Shown: positions 23,228-25,218 of the stretch, piece by piece
Layout of the letters: the number at the start of each line of letters is the position of its first letter
Position numbering within the stretch: the stretch's first letter is position 1
Source of the DNA: a virus
Lineage: Duplodnaviria; Caudoviricetes
Length of the DNA stretch: 25,218 nt
Reading direction: 5' to 3' (one strand)
IMG/VR virus record: IMGVR_UViG_3300042262_000158
Location: 1-25,218 of that record
Notes under the pieces: model-generated
Told to the model about the DNA's origin: nothing
The model's database searches: none
Seen by the model: the letters and a program-made list of their open reading frames with translations, nothing else
Program-made: the position numbers and the translations under genes

Positions 23228-25096
23228 TCACTCATCCCGGCCACCCTGATAAACCTTCAGGCCCGCCCGGAAATTCCGTGAAAATTCGTTTTTAATATCC
23301 TGTTCTGAAGCCGGTTCGGATTCGACCTTGGCGGCAAGATTGCCCGATACCATGCGAACAGCAGCGGGTTGCGGGGCTGGTGTTGCGTCATCCATATCGG
23401 GCAACAGCCGCATATATTCGTCGATTGAAAGGGACCGTTCGATTTCGGCGGCCTGTTTCGTCAGATTGACAAAACTGCGACGTTTGCGGCCATGATCGCG
23501 TGCTGCACTACGATCAGGGAAGCCGCTGGCTTCCCAAAGTTCAACCGCGCCGATAAAGCTGCCATCCAGCCGATAGGCATAAACACTGTCATGCAGAAAA
23601 TCGGGGTCAAACCGCACCATGATCGGCTTGCCAACATGCTCAAGCAGGCAGTCGGACCAATAGGTATTGCCCATCAGCCCAATCCGGCCACTGCGCTTGT
23701 CGGTACGAATTTTTTCCGCTGCCAGCAAACACATGCGCAACTGTTCGGGCGCTGCCTTGCGGATCACCGCATTGGCATAGCTTTCATCAAATGCCTGATC
23801 AAACGACCGCAATCCGCCACAAACCCGCGTTTTGCGCTTGGTCCGCGCATTGTGCTGACGAATGCCTTCGCCAACCACTTTCAGAAAATCGTCTAACGGG
23901 ACGGCACGGCTCGCGTAATTTTCCGGTTTGGCCGTCGGGTTATTGCCGGTATAGGCCCCGGCAAAGGCCGGATGCTTGGCAATATGGTTACAAAAATCGC
24001 GAAACATGCGTTCAATCGGTTTCGATTGCCCCGAATACGGCTTTGTCCAGTGAATGCCGATGCCAAGAGCGGTCAATATCCCGCTTGGTTCTTCGGGTTT
24101 AACCTTGAACCGGTATCTGTTCGGGGTGCCACCTGTGATACATTTTGCCGCAAAGCCGCGCCCGTTATCCAGCCAGCAATGGTCAGGAATGCCATAATCG
24201 CGAAACAGATCGCCAAATGCCAGCCGGACAAGGTCGGAGTTTTCCGATTTATCCACCCGCCACGCGACGCATTTGTTTGAATACAAATCCTGTATCGCCA
24301 CCATCAGCGGGCGGGTTATTGTCCCATCCGGGAAACGCACAAAAACGTCCCATTTATGCCCGTCCACATTGACCGCTTCCATCGCATGAAACTCACTGCG
24401 ATCACGTATCTGCGGCGGATACATCATTTTCAGCTTTTCATTGCCTTCACGCAGCAACACCCGCACCGGGGCGGGAATTTCTGTTTCCAGCCGCCGCTCC
24501 AATGTCCGTGCCGCCGGGATCGGCCAGCCATGTTCTTTTGCCGCCATTTCAAGGCGCAGGTAACAGGCTGTAAAAGGCGGCTTTTCCAGCCGCAACCAGT
24601 CAGCCTTGATAAATTCCCACGCACGCGGGTCGCATTCCGTGGTTTTGGTGCGCCCGGTATGACGCGGACACAGCGCTGGCAGCCAATCCTTGCGGTCCAG
24701 CCCTTCAACCAGCTTGAACCATGTATAAATGGTCGATGCCCCAACGCGTTGCTGGGCTGAAACAATCGATACCGCTTGGTCCTTTGACAACGCCCCGCGT
24801 TGCAAACTGGTAATCGCCTCAAGCACCGCTAACCGGTCATGGGCCTTTTGACGACGGGATTCGGGCAGGTTCTCAAACCATTCCCAGTCAACGCGGGTGG
24901 CGGTGCTGCCGCGTGTTGAGGGCTGCTTTTCAGCTTTTTTCTTACGCGCTATTTCGCGTTTTTGCAGGTCCGTCTGGGCGGAAATCGGAAAAATCGTCCA
25001 GTGATATTCCCGGCCACCGCCGCGCCCTTTACGTTTCCGCGCCAAAGGATGGTTCCCAACAGTAACGGCCTCACGCCAGTTGTTTCGCTCCGCTAG
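23228..25096 (-). CDS. MuA-like DDE transposase, 5' end interrupted by an IS
   Basis: DDE triad in NVDGH, LDNGRGF and SKPIERMF. The frame continues upstream of the track's TTG (LAERNNWREAVTVGNHPLARKRKGRGGGREYH, part of the Mu N-terminal HTH domain) up to CTAG, then meets IS sequence and a stop at 25118-25120. Confidence 0.9.
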   Translation of the reverse strand, partial: LAERNNWREAVTVGNHPLARKRKGRGGGREYHWTIFPISAQTDLQKREIARKKKAEKQPSTRGSTATRVDWEWFENLPESRRQKAHDRLAVLEAITSLQRGALSKDQAVSIVSAQQRVGASTIYTWFKLVEGLDRKDWLPALCPRHTGRTKTTECDPRAWEFIKADWLRLEKPPFTACYLRLEMAAKEHGWPIPAARTLERRLETEIPAPVRVLLREGNEKLKMMYPPQIRDRSEFHAMEAVNVDGHKWDVFVRFPDGTITRPLMVAIQDLYSNKCVAWRVDKSENSDLVRLAFGDLFRDYGIPDHCWLDNGRGFAAKCITGGTPNRYRFKVKPEEPSGILTALGIGIHWTKPYSGQSKPIERMFRDFCNHIAKHPAFAGAYTGNNPTAKPENYASRAVPLDDFLKVVGEGIRQHNARTKRKTRVCGGLRSFDQAFDESYANAVIRKAAPEQLRMCLLAAEKIRTDKRSGRIGLMGNTYWSDCLLEHVGKPIMVRFDPDFLHDSVYAYRLDGSFIGAVELWEASGFPDRSAARDHGRKRRSFVNLTKQAAEIERSLSIDEYMRLLPDMDDATPAPQPAAVRMVSGNLAAKVESEPASEQDIKNEFSRNFRAGLKVYQGGRDE

Positions 25097-25218
25097 CAGT
25101 CTGTCGGGTTTGAGGTTTTATTCCTCTGGATGCGATGGTCTGTATCGTCTCTCAGGCGATCATCTTGCTCAGACGTTTGCAGTTGTATGCCAGTGTCGTC
25201 AGTGTCCATTCGGATTTG
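25097..25218 (-). mobile_element. Right end of an IS1182-like insertion sequence inserted at CTAG
   Basis: Terminus CAGTCTGTCGG abuts CTAG (25093-25096) and is followed by the 3' end of a transposase gene. Confidence 0.75.
25152..25217 (-). CDS. IS transposase C-terminus (partial)
   Basis: Hand translation KSEWTLTTLAYNCKRLSKMIA*, matching the EW.L...AYN.KRL C-terminal signature of IS1182/IS4-clan transposases. Confidence 0.78.
   Translation of the reverse strand, partial: KSEWTLTTLAYNCKRLSKMIA

Larger units (their letters stand above)
1..25096 (-). mobile_element. Mu-like transposable prophage (partial; non-contractile tail type)
   Basis: Gene order A-B-early-gemA-activator-lysis-gp25-26-27-28-29-F-G-I-T-gp36-tail, all on one strand. 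Confidence 0.97.

Noticed and set aside
699-24760. Numerous plus-strand ORFs (e.g. 9272..10210, 4075..4644, 17374..17886, 18609..19193)
   Set aside because: They are antisense shadows of well-supported minus-strand phage genes and show no recognisable motifs.

Overview
Almost the whole window is one minus-strand, Mu-like (transposable) prophage, read right to left. It runs from the MuA DDE transposase and MuB ATPase through an early/accessory region (Gam-like, MT-A70 methyltransferase, ASCH, DUF2786, GemA/gp16 and a Mor/C-like activator). Lysis genes (GH108 endolysin, holin-like), a TraR-like protein, gp25/gp26, terminases, portal, MuF, gpG, protease I/scaffold Z and major capsid T follow. 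The tail module has no sheath gene and ends in a tape-measure gene cut by the window edge. The 5' end of MuA is interrupted at a CTAG by the end of an IS1182-like element. The most unusual signals are non-coding. (i) An ~80-nt plus-strand sRNA candidate (7722-7802) has its own TTGCCC-N17-TATAAT promoter and two 6-nt hairpin loops that are exact reverse complements (kissing loop). It lies convergent with a MuF protein carrying a C-terminal PBECR2-like nuclease domain, suggesting an RNA-antitoxin/virion-nuclease module. (ii) A 185-nt tRNA-like element (19853-20037) has a large insert and a second, nested T-arm. (iii) A shared palindromic operator lies 23 bp upstream of a -10-like box in front of both late operons. 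Family assignments come from motif recognition and synteny, not from database searches.
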